From: Mobula hypostoma
Lineage: Eukaryota
Direction of reading: 5' to 3'
DNA: 64,000 bases
NCBI RefSeq assembly: GCF_963921235.1
Contig: NC_086109.1
Span: forward strand, 15,688,001-15,752,000
Part shown: positions 37,261-50,864 of the stretch, piece by piece
Position numbering within the stretch: the first letter of the stretch is position 1
Layout of the letters: each line of letters opens with the position of its first letter
Program-made: the position numbers and the translations under genes
Notes under the pieces: generated by a model
The model's input: only the letters and a program-made list of their open reading frames with translations
What the model was told of the DNA's origin: nothing
Databases searched by the model: none

Positions 37261-39089
37261 GATATTGCGATCACGAGTTGTAGATTCCTTGAAAGTGAGT
37301 TCAGAGGTTGCGAAATCAGTTCAGAGCTGAGGTGAGTGAAGATGTCCATGATAATTGAGGAGTCTAATGATTGAAGTGCAGTAACTTCCTAAACCTGGTG
37401 GAGTAGGAGGACCTAAGGCTCCTTTACCCCCTTCCTGGTGGTAGGAGCAAGAAGAGAGCATGGCCTGGATGGATTTCTCCCACTTTATTTCAATTAATAC
37501 CAATCATTTTTAATGAATTTGTATGATGATTGTGATTGTTAATTGCTTTATTTTTTTAAAGAATGTTTTTACTTCTTGTAATTATTTAAAGATAGTTCAA
37601 CTTTTCCTGGGAGGCATGGGCATGGTGTTCCCTTGCACTGTGTGAAACCGAGTTGCCACTCACAGAACACTCCACTGTGTGGAATGACAGCAAGGCCTTG
37701 AGGACATTGATAGCGGCATGCTCACAAAGGGTAAGTGTGATCGTGGGGGTCTTGTGGGAGGTAAATGCAAAGTGCCAGCTGGATCATCTATAATCTCTTC
37801 TTTTATGTGGTCCTATTACAGTTTGTGCATTCTTTCTATTTTTGAACTGGTGGTCAGGTTTCTTGAATTACAGCTGTGGACCCCTTCATAAGTTGTCCCT
37901 AAAGAACTTTAGCTACCCTGATACTTGTTACCCACAAGTCCTTTTTTTCTTTCAATGGTATTGTCTCCTTTGAAAATAATCTACTAATTTTGCAACAACC
38001 TCAACTGCTATCCATTTTTTCTTATTGTGCAAAATTCCAACAATGAAATTAGGGGGTGGTTATTCTTTTTCCTTAATACAGATAAATAAATATGCTAAAA
38101 CACATCCATGCATTAATTTAGGCACATATTCATGCATTAGAGCACGGGGACAGAGCAATGCACTTCTACAGATGTGTAGCAGGGGGTATATTGACCAGCC
38201 GCTTTACAACCTTGTATGGAAACACCAATGCCCTTGAATGGAAAATTGCATCAAAAGTAGTGGATATGGCCCAGTTCAACATAAACAAAGCCCTCCCAAC
38301 CACCGAGCATATCTACATGAAACACTGTGGCAGGAAAGCAGCATTCATCATCAGGAAGCCCACCTACCCAGGATGTGCTCACTTCTTGCTGCTGTCATCG
38401 GGAAGGTGGTACAGGAACCTCAGAACTTGCACCACCAGATTCAGGGACAGTTATTACCCCTTAACCATCAGGTTCTTGAACCAAAGAGGATAACTTCACT
38501 CAACCGATGGACTCACTTTCAAGGACCCTTCAGCTCATGGTCTCCATATGCATTGCTTATTTATTATTACTGTTTCTTCTTTTTGCATTTGCACAGTTTT
38601 TGTCTCTTGCACTCTGGTTGGACACTTTAGTTAGATGGTCTGTCATTCGTTCTGTTATAGTTATTATTCTATAGATTTGTTGAGTATGCACATAAGAAAA
38701 TTAATCTCAGGGTCGTCAATGGCGACTATATGTACTTTGATAATAAAATTTACCTCAAACTTTGAAATATGGAGATTTATCTATACTGAACCATATAGAC
38801 GTACAACTGTGCAACAATAAGTGATCACATATCCACACATAGGGATTTGCACCCACTGCCACAAGTACCTAAACACGAACAGACAAGATGAACACATGCA
38901 GATACATGAACTTAGATTGCAAATCAAAGAATTTGTGCATACACTGGCTGCAACAACATCAGTATACGTATATATTAGTAATCACTCAAAGCAAGACATT
39001 AGGGCATACTATAACCTAATGTGCCCAGGTAAACGTCTGTGCATTCTTCCAACAGGTTATTTGGATCCTTACAGGATAATGCTTGCATA

Positions 39090-39584
39090 CAGTCAGTGGC
39101 CACTTTATTAGGTACAGGAGGAGAATCCGGTGTGGTCTTCTGCTGCTCTAACCCATCCACCTCAAGGTTCAATGTTCAGAGAGGCTGTTCCGCACACCAC
39201 AGCTGAAAACCGCGGTTATCTGCGTTACTGTGACCTTCCTATCAGCTTGAACCAGTCTGGTCATTCTCCTTTGATTTATCTCATTAACAAGGCATTTTTG
39301 TCCACAGTCACGGGAATTTTTTTTTGATTGTTTTCGTGTGTGAAAATCCCAGGGGATCAGCATTTTGAGATACTCAAACCACCCAGTCAGGCAACAACAA
39401 TCAATCCGTGGTCAGAATCACTTAGATCACATTTCATTCCCCCATTCTGATGTTTGGTCTGAACAGCAACTGAATCACGTCTGCATGCTTTTATGCATTG
39501 AGCTGCTGCCACATGATTGACTGATTAGATATTTGCATTAACGAGCGGAATAAAGGTGTATCTAATAAAGTGGCCACCATGAGT
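39090..39584 (-). mobile_element. Tc1-type MITE (same family as 70-583)
   Basis: TA|CAGTCAGTGGCCACTTTATTAGGTACA ... TGTATCTAATAAAGTGGCCAC; ORF 39169..39363(-) QRRMTRLVQADRKVTVTQIT. Confidence 0.85.
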
Positions 39585-41847
39585 CAGTGTATTAGAGTAA
39601 CAGAACTATACATAACAAATCATGTATACATTAATATACAACCATTCGCCAACACTGCAAAGACCTTCTACATCCATACAACAGCAAACCCGTACTTTAA
39701 CATTAATTACATCTTAGCACATACACCATTGCAAGTACCATTTACTAACCTGCAGAATGTACTAATAAAACAAGTACATTAGGAAACGTGTAGCTGCATA
39801 GCATAACAACAACCACCAATTCCACTGATGCACATTTACTTAATCCTATTCAACAGTGCCCCCCAACTCAAATACCTCAGCATTGATGCATTTGCACCCA
39901 CCTATATACTAAACCAACATGAAATTACAAATAAGATACTTATACTGTTGGAGTCATGCGCTCATTTCCAGTCATACGTTTACTGTATATATACATTAAC
40001 CATCCAATGTACATTTGTACACATTGCACATGGAAATAAGTCAAGTGGCAAACTAACGCCCACATACCCATCGTAGACTCATTCGTATGATCACCACAGG
40101 TCTCCGCGCTAACAAGACAGAAGATTCACAAACATGCACCAGCATAAATACTGGACAAGCATCTTGCATATGGCATGATACCACACCGTGGTTCACCGTG
40201 TCCATAGTGGCTTTTTTTTGGAACATTAGTTCTACAGCTCTCTTCCTTCCCGGTGGTGCTACACTTCTCCCCTCTGAATACTGTATATGCACCTCCTGAA
40301 AGTTTCAATTGCATCCACTTCCACCACCTTAGCAGATCATATTATAACATGTACATACCGTTAAATATAAGATTCTGACACAACTTCATGAAAACGCACA
40401 CATATTTACCAAACAGGCATGCATACGAACGCACACCTATGTGTGGGTATAGAGGGACGTACTCACATAGCCTTGCATCGACGTACCGGAGTGCGGTTTC
40501 CATTCATAAGTACGCAATCAAATTTAACATGAGCACACAATCATACTCCCCCTCAATCACTCACTCCCCCCTCCCACCACCACACACACACACTCTCACC
40601 CGGAGTGATAAAGAGCTGCAGTAAGCACAGGCACAGGGAGAGACAGTGACATCCGAACGCCGCCACAGACAGCAACTCATCCAAACACAAGCCTGCGCAA
40701 ACACCCACACACAATGCATGTGGCCACATACAATCACACAATTTATCCTGGGATGCGCAGCCAGTCACACATTGCCAGGGATCTGCAGTCACCCCTCCTG
40801 CCCCACAGATCCAGGAAGACATTATCTGCCAGGTCTCACAGCACACACAGACACATATTCGCCCACAGAGGACTGACACGCCGACGTGTGCACGGAAATA
40901 ACAGGCAGCAAATTCGCCAACAGTCAGACCAACCTTGCATTTTTAAGAGAAAAAAAAATGCACGCTAATGTTTGCAGATTTTCCCCTCAACCCTTGAGGG
41001 CTGGAACCAGAGCGACATCTCGCCGCGCCCGCTCTCCGTACCTAACTACATTTAAATTCCAGTTTCTCTCTCTCACACACACACACAGTATTAGTGCAGA
41101 GCGCCCACACGGGCGCTGCTTCCTCCCACCGCGACCATCTCTGTCACACATTGAATCATGTCACAATTAGAAACTCATTAAATGCAACAACATCCCCAAT
41201 TTATCTGAAGACTGGAGAGAGAAAAAAAGCGCGTTCCCGCCGGGCTCCCCATTTTGACTCGTGTACTCGGGCTAAACTGTGCATTAACAGTTCAAGGACT
41301 GCATGCGGCTACGCTGAACGCTTCTAATAAATGGCACCCCCGTTGGGTTGGCAGTGTGCAGAAAGTATGAATAGGGACGCCCGTGACCTGCAGATAGATC
41401 CGAGGGGAGCGAATACGCGCCCATTCTGCTTAGTAACAGAGTATTCCCCACTCTCCTCCTCCACCTCTGCCTATGCTGAACAGCTTGAGGGTCCCTCAAG
41501 CCACTTTTGATCATCCCATGCCTTTCACCTAAAGTCTTGCCAGCTAATTGTGCAGAAGTAAACCAACCCCTAGAAGAACGCATGCACTGAAGTGTCCAGA
41601 TCCGAAGCAAAACCGCTTATTTACTTGTAGAGATGATTATATTCGACCAAACCACCCCCCGCACCCTTCCCCCACGCAACCAATCGACCCCAACCCCAAA
41701 CGCACACACAAACACACACACACACAAACGCTATCGCCTCCCCACAGGACTTCATCCTCAGTGCGCGTTCCACAAAGGGTCTCCCAAGTCGAAAAGCCCG
41801 GCAGCAAGTGCGCGTTTTTTTTTTGGTCGGACAGTTCCCGTACTCAC

Positions 41848-42190
41848 TGCAGATCTGGAGATCGGTCCCTGCTGCTCCGAACCGGTTGCCTGGCTGTTCG
41901 TCAGAACCCGAGCTGGCGAAGAGCTCTGCCCACATCCATCTCACTGTAGCAGTCCAAGAAGCCGTCACCTTCAGATCAGTGCGCGGCTTTCCCCAACATA
42001 CTGAGGAATTAGCCTGACCATCCTTCAGAACAACACAGCAGCTCCAAAATTCTACCTTTGCTCTTCTCCCTGCTACTGATCTCTTTCTCTCATTCCTCTC
42101 TTTTCTCACAGAGCGGAGCAGTCAGAGGAACTGGCTGCTTTGAGCTGTTACATTCCCGTCACCCTTGCCTACACAGTAGTCATCTGTAAT
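41848..42190 (-). other. Candidate first exon (mostly 5'UTR) of an unidentified - strand gene
   Basis: Non-repetitive CpG-rich sequence downstream of promoter motifs, ending GCA|GTGAGTA at 41848/41847; start is estimated from the TATA-like motif. Confidence 0.55.
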
Positions 42191-42380
42191 TGCAGGCTGT
42201 CGGCTGGAGCCTATAGCTTCTCGGTGCAAGAGGCTGTCACGGTGCCCCTCGCCTCTGATTGGCTGAGTGTGCGCCCTACACAGATTGCAATCGAAAGAGT
42301 GGGGGGGGGTGGAGAGAAAGCGAGGGGGGAGACGGAAGGAATGGGGAAAGGTTGGAGGGAAAGGCAAGATTGGGCGGGAG
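42190..42380 (-). promoter_or_regulatory. Candidate Pol II promoter
   Basis: AGCCAATCAG (NF-Y consensus) at 42255-42264(-), second CCAAT overlapping GGGCGG at 42368-42377, CTATAG at 42211-42216; CpG enrichment over about 40.8-42.4 kb. Confidence 0.6.
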
Positions 42381-43754
42381 GAGGTGAGAAAGTGGGGGAA
42401 CACACACACACACAGTGCTGGAGGAACTCAGCAAGTCAAGCAGTTTCTATGGAGGGGAATAAACAGTCAACACACACACACACACAACCAAATGCTGGAG
42501 GAACTCGGCAGGTCAGGCAGCATCCAAGTCAAGTCAAGACACTTTTTATTGTCATTTCAACCACAACTGCTGGTACAGAACATAGTTAAAAACGAGACAA
42601 CGTTTTCCAGGACCATGGTGCTTACATGGAAGGTTATAAGGATATTTCTTTCTGGCCAATAAGAGGAATAACGATCTCGCCCCGGAACGTCGACTGCCTT
42701 TCCATAGATGTTGCCTGACCTGCTGAGTTCATCCAGGATTGTGCGTGCGCGTCTCAAGCTTTCCGGCATGTGCAGAATCTCCTGTTTATGAGAAAGTGAG
42801 GACTCGGAATGAGTGGGACCGAGGGAGTGGGTGGGTGAGAAACGAGGAGGTGGAAGCGTTTGAGTGGAAAGAAAGCAACCCAACTATATTAAGGATGGGA
42901 AGAATCGGCGTAAAAAAAAGGATGAGAAACCTTTAAATGAGATTTTGAATTGAAATAAACCTGTTAGATTTCTATTGGACCTGCATTTAAGGTGAGGGTG
43001 GAGCTTAAAGGAGCTGAGTGGGCAAGTATTTTACGCAGAGTGTGGGAGGTGCCCGAAATGTACTGCCGGGGGTAGCAGTGGAAGCAGATGCAAAGACTGT
43101 GTTTAGAAGGTGGACTCGAGATTATGGAGGGATATGGATCATGTGCAGGCAGAAGAGATTCTGCTTAATTTGGCATGGTGTTCAGCACAGATATCGTGGG
43201 CCGAAGGGCCTGTTCTTGAGAGTCACTGTCCTACAGAATATTTTTGGAGAGGTGGGAGAAAATAATAAAACTATCAGGAAGGGCTTTAAGGTGTGTAAAT
43301 CAGGGGAAGAATGGCAAAGAATGGAATTTGTCAAAAAGGAAGCCAGATAGTGAAAGTGCAATCTGGTGAATGGTTTTGTTGCAATGCCTGGTCCAACTAA
43401 CTTATCAGGAGGGATGTATAGTTTTGATTTTGATGTAAATGAAACAATCTTCATATCCCTTCCTCAAAAGATCAGTTTAAGGTTATCTTTGTGAACATTT
43501 GCAGTGGAATGGTTCTGACCAGAAATTAGATTTTATGACAAATTGGGTTTGATTGGGCCAATTTGCAGAGTTGTAAAAAACAACCTGGAAATAGTCATTA
43601 TCACAGATCACTCTGGGAAAAAAATGCATTTCCAGATGATTGAAATAAGTAGTACAGGGAGATACAATTTCTAAGCCAATTAGTGTACTTCCCAACATCT
43701 AGTCCGGTAGAACATAATCGTTATCGGCAGGAGCGAGGCCATTTTGAGTCACAG

Positions 43755-44400
43755 AGCCATAGAAAAGTACAACAAACAGGCCCTTCAGCCCATCTAGTCC
43801 ATGCTGAACCATTTAAACTGCCTACTCCCATTGACCTACACTGGGACTAAAGCCCTAGATACTCTACCATCATGTTCCTATCCAAACTTCTCTTAAACAT
43901 TGAAATTGAGCTCATATGTGCTACTTGTACTGGCATTCCATTCCACACTCCCATGACCCTCTGAGTGAAGAAATTTCCCCTCACGTTCCTCTTAAACTCC
44001 TCTCCTTTCACCCTTAACCCATGACCTCTAGTTGTAGTCCCACCCAGCCTCCGTGGAAAAAGCCTGCTTGTATTCACCTTATCTATATGCCTGATAATTT
44101 TGTATACCTCTATCAAATCTCCTCTTGACCTTCTGCATTCCGCAAATAAAGTCACACCTATTCAATCTTTCCTTCTAACTCAGGTCCTCCAGACCCAGCA
44201 ATATCCTTGTAAATTTTCTCTGTACTCTTCCAACTTTATTTACATTTTTCCTGTAGATAGGTGACCAAAACTCCACACAATACACCAAATTAGGCCTCAT
44301 TAATGTCTGATAAAATTTCAACATAACGTCCTATCTCCTGTGCTCAGTACTTTGATTTATGCAACCTTTCTTTATGACCCTACCTACCTGTGACGACACT
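43755..44400 (-). mobile_element. CR1 3' fragment
   Basis: ORF 43847..44155(-): RGDLIEVYKI..TRGHGLRV.G..FFTQRV..WN. Confidence 0.85.
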
Positions 44401-44402
44401 TT

Positions 44403-44980
44403 CATAGTCATAGTCATAGTCATAGTCATACTTTATTGCTCCTGGGGGAAATTGGTTTTCATTACAGTTGTACTATAAATAATTAAATAGTAATAATAAA
44501 ACCATAATAGTTAAATAGTAACATGTAAATTATGCCAGGAAATAAGTCCAGGACCAGCCTATTGGCTCAGGGTGTCTGACCCTCCAAGGTAGGAGTTGTA
44601 AAGTTTGATGGCCACAGGCAGGAATGACTTCCTATGACGCTCTGTGTTGCATCTCGGTGGAATGAGTCTCTGGCTGAATGTACTCCTGTGCCCAACCAGT
44701 ACATTATGTAGTGGATGGGAGACATTCTCCAAGATGGCATGCAACTTGGACAGCATCCTCTTTTCAGACACCACTGTCAGAGAGTCCAGTTCCATCCCCA
44801 CAACATCACTGGCCTTACGAATAAGTTTGTTGATACTGTTGGTGTCTGCTACCCTCAGCCTGCTGCCCCAGCACACAACAGCAAACATGATCGCACTGGC
44901 CACCACAGACTCGTAGAACATCCTCAGCATCATCCGGCAGATGTTAAAGGACCTCAGTCTCCTCAGGAAATAGAGACGGC
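44403..44980 (-). mobile_element. Rex1/Babar-like LINE 3' end, well preserved, with (TATGAC)n tail
   Basis: ORF 44559..44933(-): LRMFYESVVASAIMFAVVCWG..KLIRKA..HPLH..RCNTERHRKSFLPVAIKLYNS; (TAGTCA)n at 44404-44430. Confidence 0.85.
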
Positions 44981-45309
44981 TTATGGACCGGTATTCCCAG
45001 ATCCCTTTCCTCTACAACACTCCTCAGTGCCCTACCGCTGGCCTGATGTCCATACTGGTCGATATAAGAGCAATCTGACTAGCTCTCCCAATGATCTGAT
45101 AAATTCTTTCCTGTTACGTATCATCCAGGTGATACTTCAATGCTACGGTTGAATCTGTTTCCACTACTAGAGACAAGGCAGAAATACAGTTTGACACAGA
45201 TTAGATGGGCTGAAGGGCCTGATTCAGTGCTGAAGTGCTGTATGATTCTACTAGCCCTGGCAGGGCATTCCAGACCCTAAATACAAGGGGTGTTCAACAG
45301 AAGTAACAG

Positions 45310-45720
45310 AAATTTGGGTAGTGGGTAGTGGCTCCATATGTCACTACTACAGGGCATGACGACCCTGCCCTACACAAGTCCTGGGCTCAGCTGGCTCCAG
45401 CTGACAGTACCCGGTATGGGCCCCTATCCAGGGTTACCTATCCCACTGCCTTGTGGGTATCTTCGGGAGGAGAGAAGGCTAAGGAGTAAGTCCTACACAA
45501 ATCCGGAGTGGAGCCCCTAAGGAGGTTGGATGACGTATCGCGTCACCTCCCGGCAGCTCCTGCAGCCAAGCTGATGCCAAATGTACTGCTTCGCATTCCT
45601 TTGGACCACATCCGCGAGGCCGAGAGGGGGATCTTGATGTCTGGGCAGCCCAGGATCTCCATATTCATCGCCCAGGTCTGTGCCCCGGAACGGGTGCATC
45701 CATTGTCTACTTAGACCACA
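45310..45720 (+). mobile_element. RTE-clade 5'UTR-like repeat
   Basis: CCACTGCCTTGTGGG..AAGGCTAAGGAGTAA..CAAATCCGGAGTGGAG..CCTGCAGCCAAGCTG resembles recalled vertebrate RTE leaders. Confidence 0.45.
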
Positions 45721-47334
45721 GAGCCATTACATAAACAAAAATTCTCTTGTCACTATTGATTCTTTTGCTAATTAAATTCTGTGTGTCTTGGTTTTGGATC
45801 CTCTGCAAATAGAACTTCTCCCACTTTATCTAATCTGTCCACCCTCCATGCTTTTAAATACCTTTATCAGATCTTATTTTAGCTTCCATGAAGAATAATT
45901 TTTGAGTTTCAAATCTATCCACACAGGTAAAGATCCTCATCCCAGGAATCATTTTAGTAAAGCTCTTCTGCATCTTCTCCAAAGCCTTATCATTTAACCT
46001 GAAATGTGATACCACAATTGGATACAATATTTCATCTGTAGTTATTGCTTGATGACGATCCATCACAATTTCCCTGCTCTTGCCTCGATAAATGCCAGTG
46101 ATTCCAAAACCTTTTTAAACCATTTTCTCAAACGGCCCTGTAAACTATGAATATGTACCCCCAGATCTCCCTGTCCTCACACCACTTCAATTTCTGTAAA
46201 GGTCCTTTACCTACCAAAAATTAGCAATTTACAGTTACCAGCACAACATGTAATTTGCCTCCCATCAATTCCAGCTGCCTTTCCATGTGACTTATTGCTG
46301 TGCGGCTCGCCGTTTGTTAACCCCTCAAGTTTGTGGCAAATGCAAATTTACAAAGCTTGTTCCTACACCCAGATCTGAATTATTAACAGATATTATAGAA
46401 TGGTCATTGTTCTAATTACAGGGAACTCTGCTGTACATTTCCCTTCAGTGATATCAACCTGTCACTTCTGTGATTGGTTTACTGCTGAATAGGGGAAGAC
46501 AAAATATTTCAAATACATTACTTAGCAAAGTTTAATGTCAAACATGTAACATTCAACAAGGGAAAGAGAACCTTCAAAGTTTTAAAAATGCATCTGCCAT
46601 CACCCTCCCCCACCAAACATTTCCACCTTTTCCTGTTGGGATATGCTACAATAGTCATGGTTGCCTTTTAACATCTCACCCAGGCTGCTGCATGGAAACT
46701 CCGAGAATGGAAGATTAATCTGGATATGCTGAGAGCAAATAAAAGAGAAGTTAAATAGAAAATCAGTATTTTTCAGTTATCAAAATACTGGAGGTTGCAA
46801 ATATATTTATTTATTCTTTTTGGCAATTCAGCATGGTAACAGGTCCTACTGGCCCAACGAGCCTACACTACCCAATTACAACCCTGTAACCAATTACCCG
46901 ACTAACCCGTGTATTTTTTGAATGTGGGGGGAAAGCGGAGCATCCAGAGGTAATCTACATAGTCATGGGATGAACATATAAACTCCTTATAGACGGCAGT
47001 GGGAATAGAAACTGGGTCGCGTCCACTGAAATAGCATTACAGTAATTGCTACAATACTGTGCCATCCTAAGTTAGGCAAATAGATAAAAATTATCAACTG
47101 GGAAAATTGACCAACAGAAAATATCTTGGTTTTCCATTGGTGTAAGAAGTCAGGACAGGATGGACATGGCAGGCAACCATTTCTGAGTGCAGGAATACAG
47201 CAAAATAAATCCTAGATGTGCTCAGCACAGAAACACCTTAAGGTACTTCACAGAGAATATATTCATACCTGGCCATATGAAAAACTATTTTAACCAAAAC
47301 TTGGGTCGAAGGGTTAGGCTTTAAGAAGAGTCAA

Positions 47335-47545
47335 AAAGAAGGGGGGCAAGAGATGGAAAAGAGAGAGAGAGTGAGAGAGACAGAGAGAGGGAGAGGGAGA
47401 CTGAGGAAAAGACTGTGAGGGAGAAAGAGGAAAAGAGAGAAAGAAAGAGAATGGGGGGAAAGGAGACAAAGAAAAAGCAAAGGGGGCAGGGAGAGAGAGA
47501 GAGAGGAGGAGGGAGAGAGAAAGAGGAGGAGGAAGAGAGAGAGTT
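47335..47545. repeat. GA-rich low-complexity tract
   Basis: About 210 bp polypurine run. Confidence 0.9.
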
Positions 47546-50077
47546 CCACGTTTTGATCTGGTGGTTTTACAGCACATCTGAGCTGACCTATTTTTTACTC
47601 TAGGATGCTGATCAACTTATCCACTGTCATATCCAGGTTTCATTTCATTTTCCATGTTTAACCAGGCCTGATGTCTTAAGTTGAGAATGTAGACTTTCAG
47701 AACTCATTTATGACATCGCCATTCATAAGATATGAGACCCATCTTAATGGCATGATAAATCATGCATAATTTCCACTTATCTTAGATTCTAAATTTCCCT
47801 TTCTCTTTTTCTTTAAACTCCTTTCTGACTGGCAGTGTAGATGAGTCGGCAACTTATCTGACAGTGACCTGTGAATTGCTGCTGTGGTGTGTATGAAAAT
47901 CCCAGTATGGCATGTTTTCTGACAATCTCATTCCCCACTAATGAGGAAACAGTTCCTTTGTGTTGGTAGGTGGTTGTGATGGATTTCCCTGGTTATTTCT
48001 CTCTCTCTCTTACCTATTAACAATGAAGAGCTTTGCAGCATCCTCACTACATAAGACCACTTGGATTGGATTCTGAACCCTCTATGGTTCAGATGAATGG
48101 TCTTCATACTGAAACATTAATTCTATTTCTCTCTCCGCAGATACTGCCTGACTTTCTGATACTTACTTACTGCCTGCTATGCTGCTGGTCTTTAGGGCAG
48201 CAATGAAGGTCTTCCATTTCTGGCAGTGTTCAGGGCTTCCTCCATCATGTCAGTAGCTTCCTCTCGGTTTTCACTACTGTCAGTCATGCAAGCCCCAGGT
48301 GGAGACTCAGCAACACTGTACTGTCACGCTCAGACGCAGAAAGATTCTTCATTGCTGTTTCTGTAACGGTGTTATTTACCAGGGTTGTTAGCCCTGCGCT
48401 GAACCCTCGAACCTGGAGGACGGGCAGACCACTCTTAGTCTGTCCTCTACCCTTTGACCTTCTTGGCATGGGTGACGCTATCTAGAGGTAAAGCACAAAG
48501 CCCTGACTTCAGCCAACATAGCTCTCCCGGTCACTGAGGCACACAAGCCTCCAGACCATGACAACGTTGTGGTCCTCTTGGAGGGACCTTCTGAGTATTC
48601 ATGGCATTTTCTGGTTTTAGCTCCAATTTTCAGCTGCATCTGTATATGTATATATTGGCATTCAACGTTCAGGCCCTGTTTGGTCTCACTGCTACCTACA
48701 TCGGTTTACCAACCCAGATAATTGCAGGATTCTTTTCATGCCAATTTTATTAGAAAAGAAGTATAAACCTCTACTTCCAGGAAGAGAAGTTACATTAATA
48801 TAGATCTTTCCCAGTTTCATAATGTATTAAAGAGTCTTACGCTCACAACATAATTGGAGTACAGTCACTGAAGGAAAAGTAAGACCCAGTCAGATAATAA
48901 GACCACAAGACACAGGAGCAAAATTAGACCTTTTAAAAATACTCAATGACTGCTGTCTGTGGCAATGAATTGTAGATTCACCTACCTCTGTCTGAAGAAA
49001 TGTCTCCTCATCTCTGTTCTAAAGAGACATACTTCTATTCTGAGGCTGTGCCCTGTGGTCCTAGACTCCCCCTCCATATGAAACATCTTCTCCATGTCCC
49101 ACACTCCAAATATATACAGATTAGTGAGGGTTAGTAAGTTGTGGGCATACTACGTTGGCACCTGAAGCATGGCAACACTTGTGGAGTGCCCCCAGCACAT
49201 ATTCGGACTGTTTTGGTCCCTGATACAAAACGATGCACTTCATTTCAATGTGTGTGTGACAAAGAAAGCAAGTTTTTAACTTCAAAAATCCTGGTAGTAG
49301 ACATTGAAGATTTGAAAAATGCTGTCAGATTAGCCGAGGCCAATATCTGCAGTGCCTCCCCTAAGAGTGCGTCCTGTAGTAATGAAGGAGATGAATGCAG
49401 TGGTAATGAAATGTCCTTGGCGCTGTCAGAAAAACTGGAGCTGTAATCAACCAGACATGTGGAGAGTATGCTTGGGTTGAGTTGTTCTCCGATCTTGGCA
49501 ATTTACATCACCATATGAGGAGTGCTGTTAATTGCGTGTCCTCCGAATGCTGACAGGTCATCATTTCGGAAACTCAGTTGTGACGTGGGGAGGAAATCTC
49601 CTCACTGATTGGTTGCATGGTGAACTTCGTGCATTATGGTCTGGAATTTTGCCTCCATTGGCCCATAAATAGGATGGAGGTCTACATGTTTCTTTACAGA
49701 ATTGTTTGTGGAAAATGACACTTCTAGGAATTCTCTTGTGTGCAACGTGTTTGCTTGCACCGTGACCTTCACTGATACCCAGTCAAATTTGTGCCCCTCT
49801 CGATCTTCATGGGTAGAGAATTCCATCATTCTCCCGAACAGCATCCTGTAGATGGCAAAACAGGTTTTGGACGTCAAGGTGTGAGACACACACTACAGAA
49901 AACCTGTTCCTGTAATGACAGTATTTATGTAGCAGACACAGTTGAGTATTTGGTACTGATATCACCCCCTTGATGTTGATAGTGTAATTTTAACAATTGC
50001 AATGTCTTTGACTATCAACGGTATTTGGTTGTATTATTTTTTGGTTTTGAAATCATGGCTTGGCACTCTTTTGATTA

Positions 50078-50864
50078 CACTGGACAACAAATAGTTTTGA
50101 AAGTTGCTTCCTCAGAAATTATTTTTTTAATGATAGACCACTTGAAGCTGAACACAAATATAATTTCAGACTACGTATATCACGTAGGAATTTGGAGAAA
50201 CGAAACTAACTTTTATTGAATATAATGTGTTTATTGCTAACACTTTGCAATAGTTCAACTGAGCTAAAAATGTTTTGTTAATGATTTTCATTTGTACTCA
50301 GTGTCCAAGGCTTCTTGCTTAAGTGTCCAACAATAATTAGCTAGCATTGATGGATTCCAGTTGCCCAGATACCGTTTCTCCATGACTGCAATGTCCCAGT
50401 GAAACCTTTCACCATGCTTGTCACTGACAGTGCCAAGGTTTTCAGGGAAGCAGTCTAAATGGGAATGCAGAAAATGAATCTTTAGTGACATGTTGCACTC
50501 CTTGGTTTTGTGTGCTTGAAGCATGCTGTCAAACAGCTGCATGTAGTTTGGTGCTCTGTAGTTGCCCGGAAAATTTTCGACAAGATCCTTCAACACTTTG
50601 CATGGGATTTTCTCCAATCCCACTAGAAGTTCTTCGAATTGCCTGTCATTGCTGACCTGCCTGATTTGTGGATCAACAAAAATACCTTCCTTAATCTTGG
50701 CATCACTTATTCTGACTTGAATTATGAATTGAAATAACACATACAGGTAATTTCAAAAAAAGTGTGTGATAGGGAAATTTCATGGTGATGCTCAAGATCA
50801 GCATCCCAAAATCCATAAGGTACACGCAAAAGTATTCTGGAAGCAAAATTTTTGTTGTCCAGTG
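50078..50864 (-). mobile_element. Chapaev3-like (CMC superfamily) internally deleted DNA transposon, 787 bp
   Basis: 14-bp perfect TIR CACTGGACAACAAA, TTA TSD on both sides; ORF 50288..50740(-) SDAKIKEGIF..MSLKIHFLHSHLD.FPENLG.VSD.HGERFH.DI..MEKRY.G.W...ML..YCWTL. Confidence 0.85.

Noticed and set aside
37590..37736. + strand AGG|GTAAGT donor with upstream unique sequence
   Set aside because: Frames read from the nearest plausible acceptor hit stops; isolated motif
41621..42109. 162-aa ORF across the promoter region
   Set aside because: Non-ATG start, runs through the splice donor into a (TG)n repeat, no recognisable homology
42231..42250. RE1/NRSE-like GCTGTCACGGTGC
   Set aside because: Spacing is one base short and the GCTGAA half-site is missing
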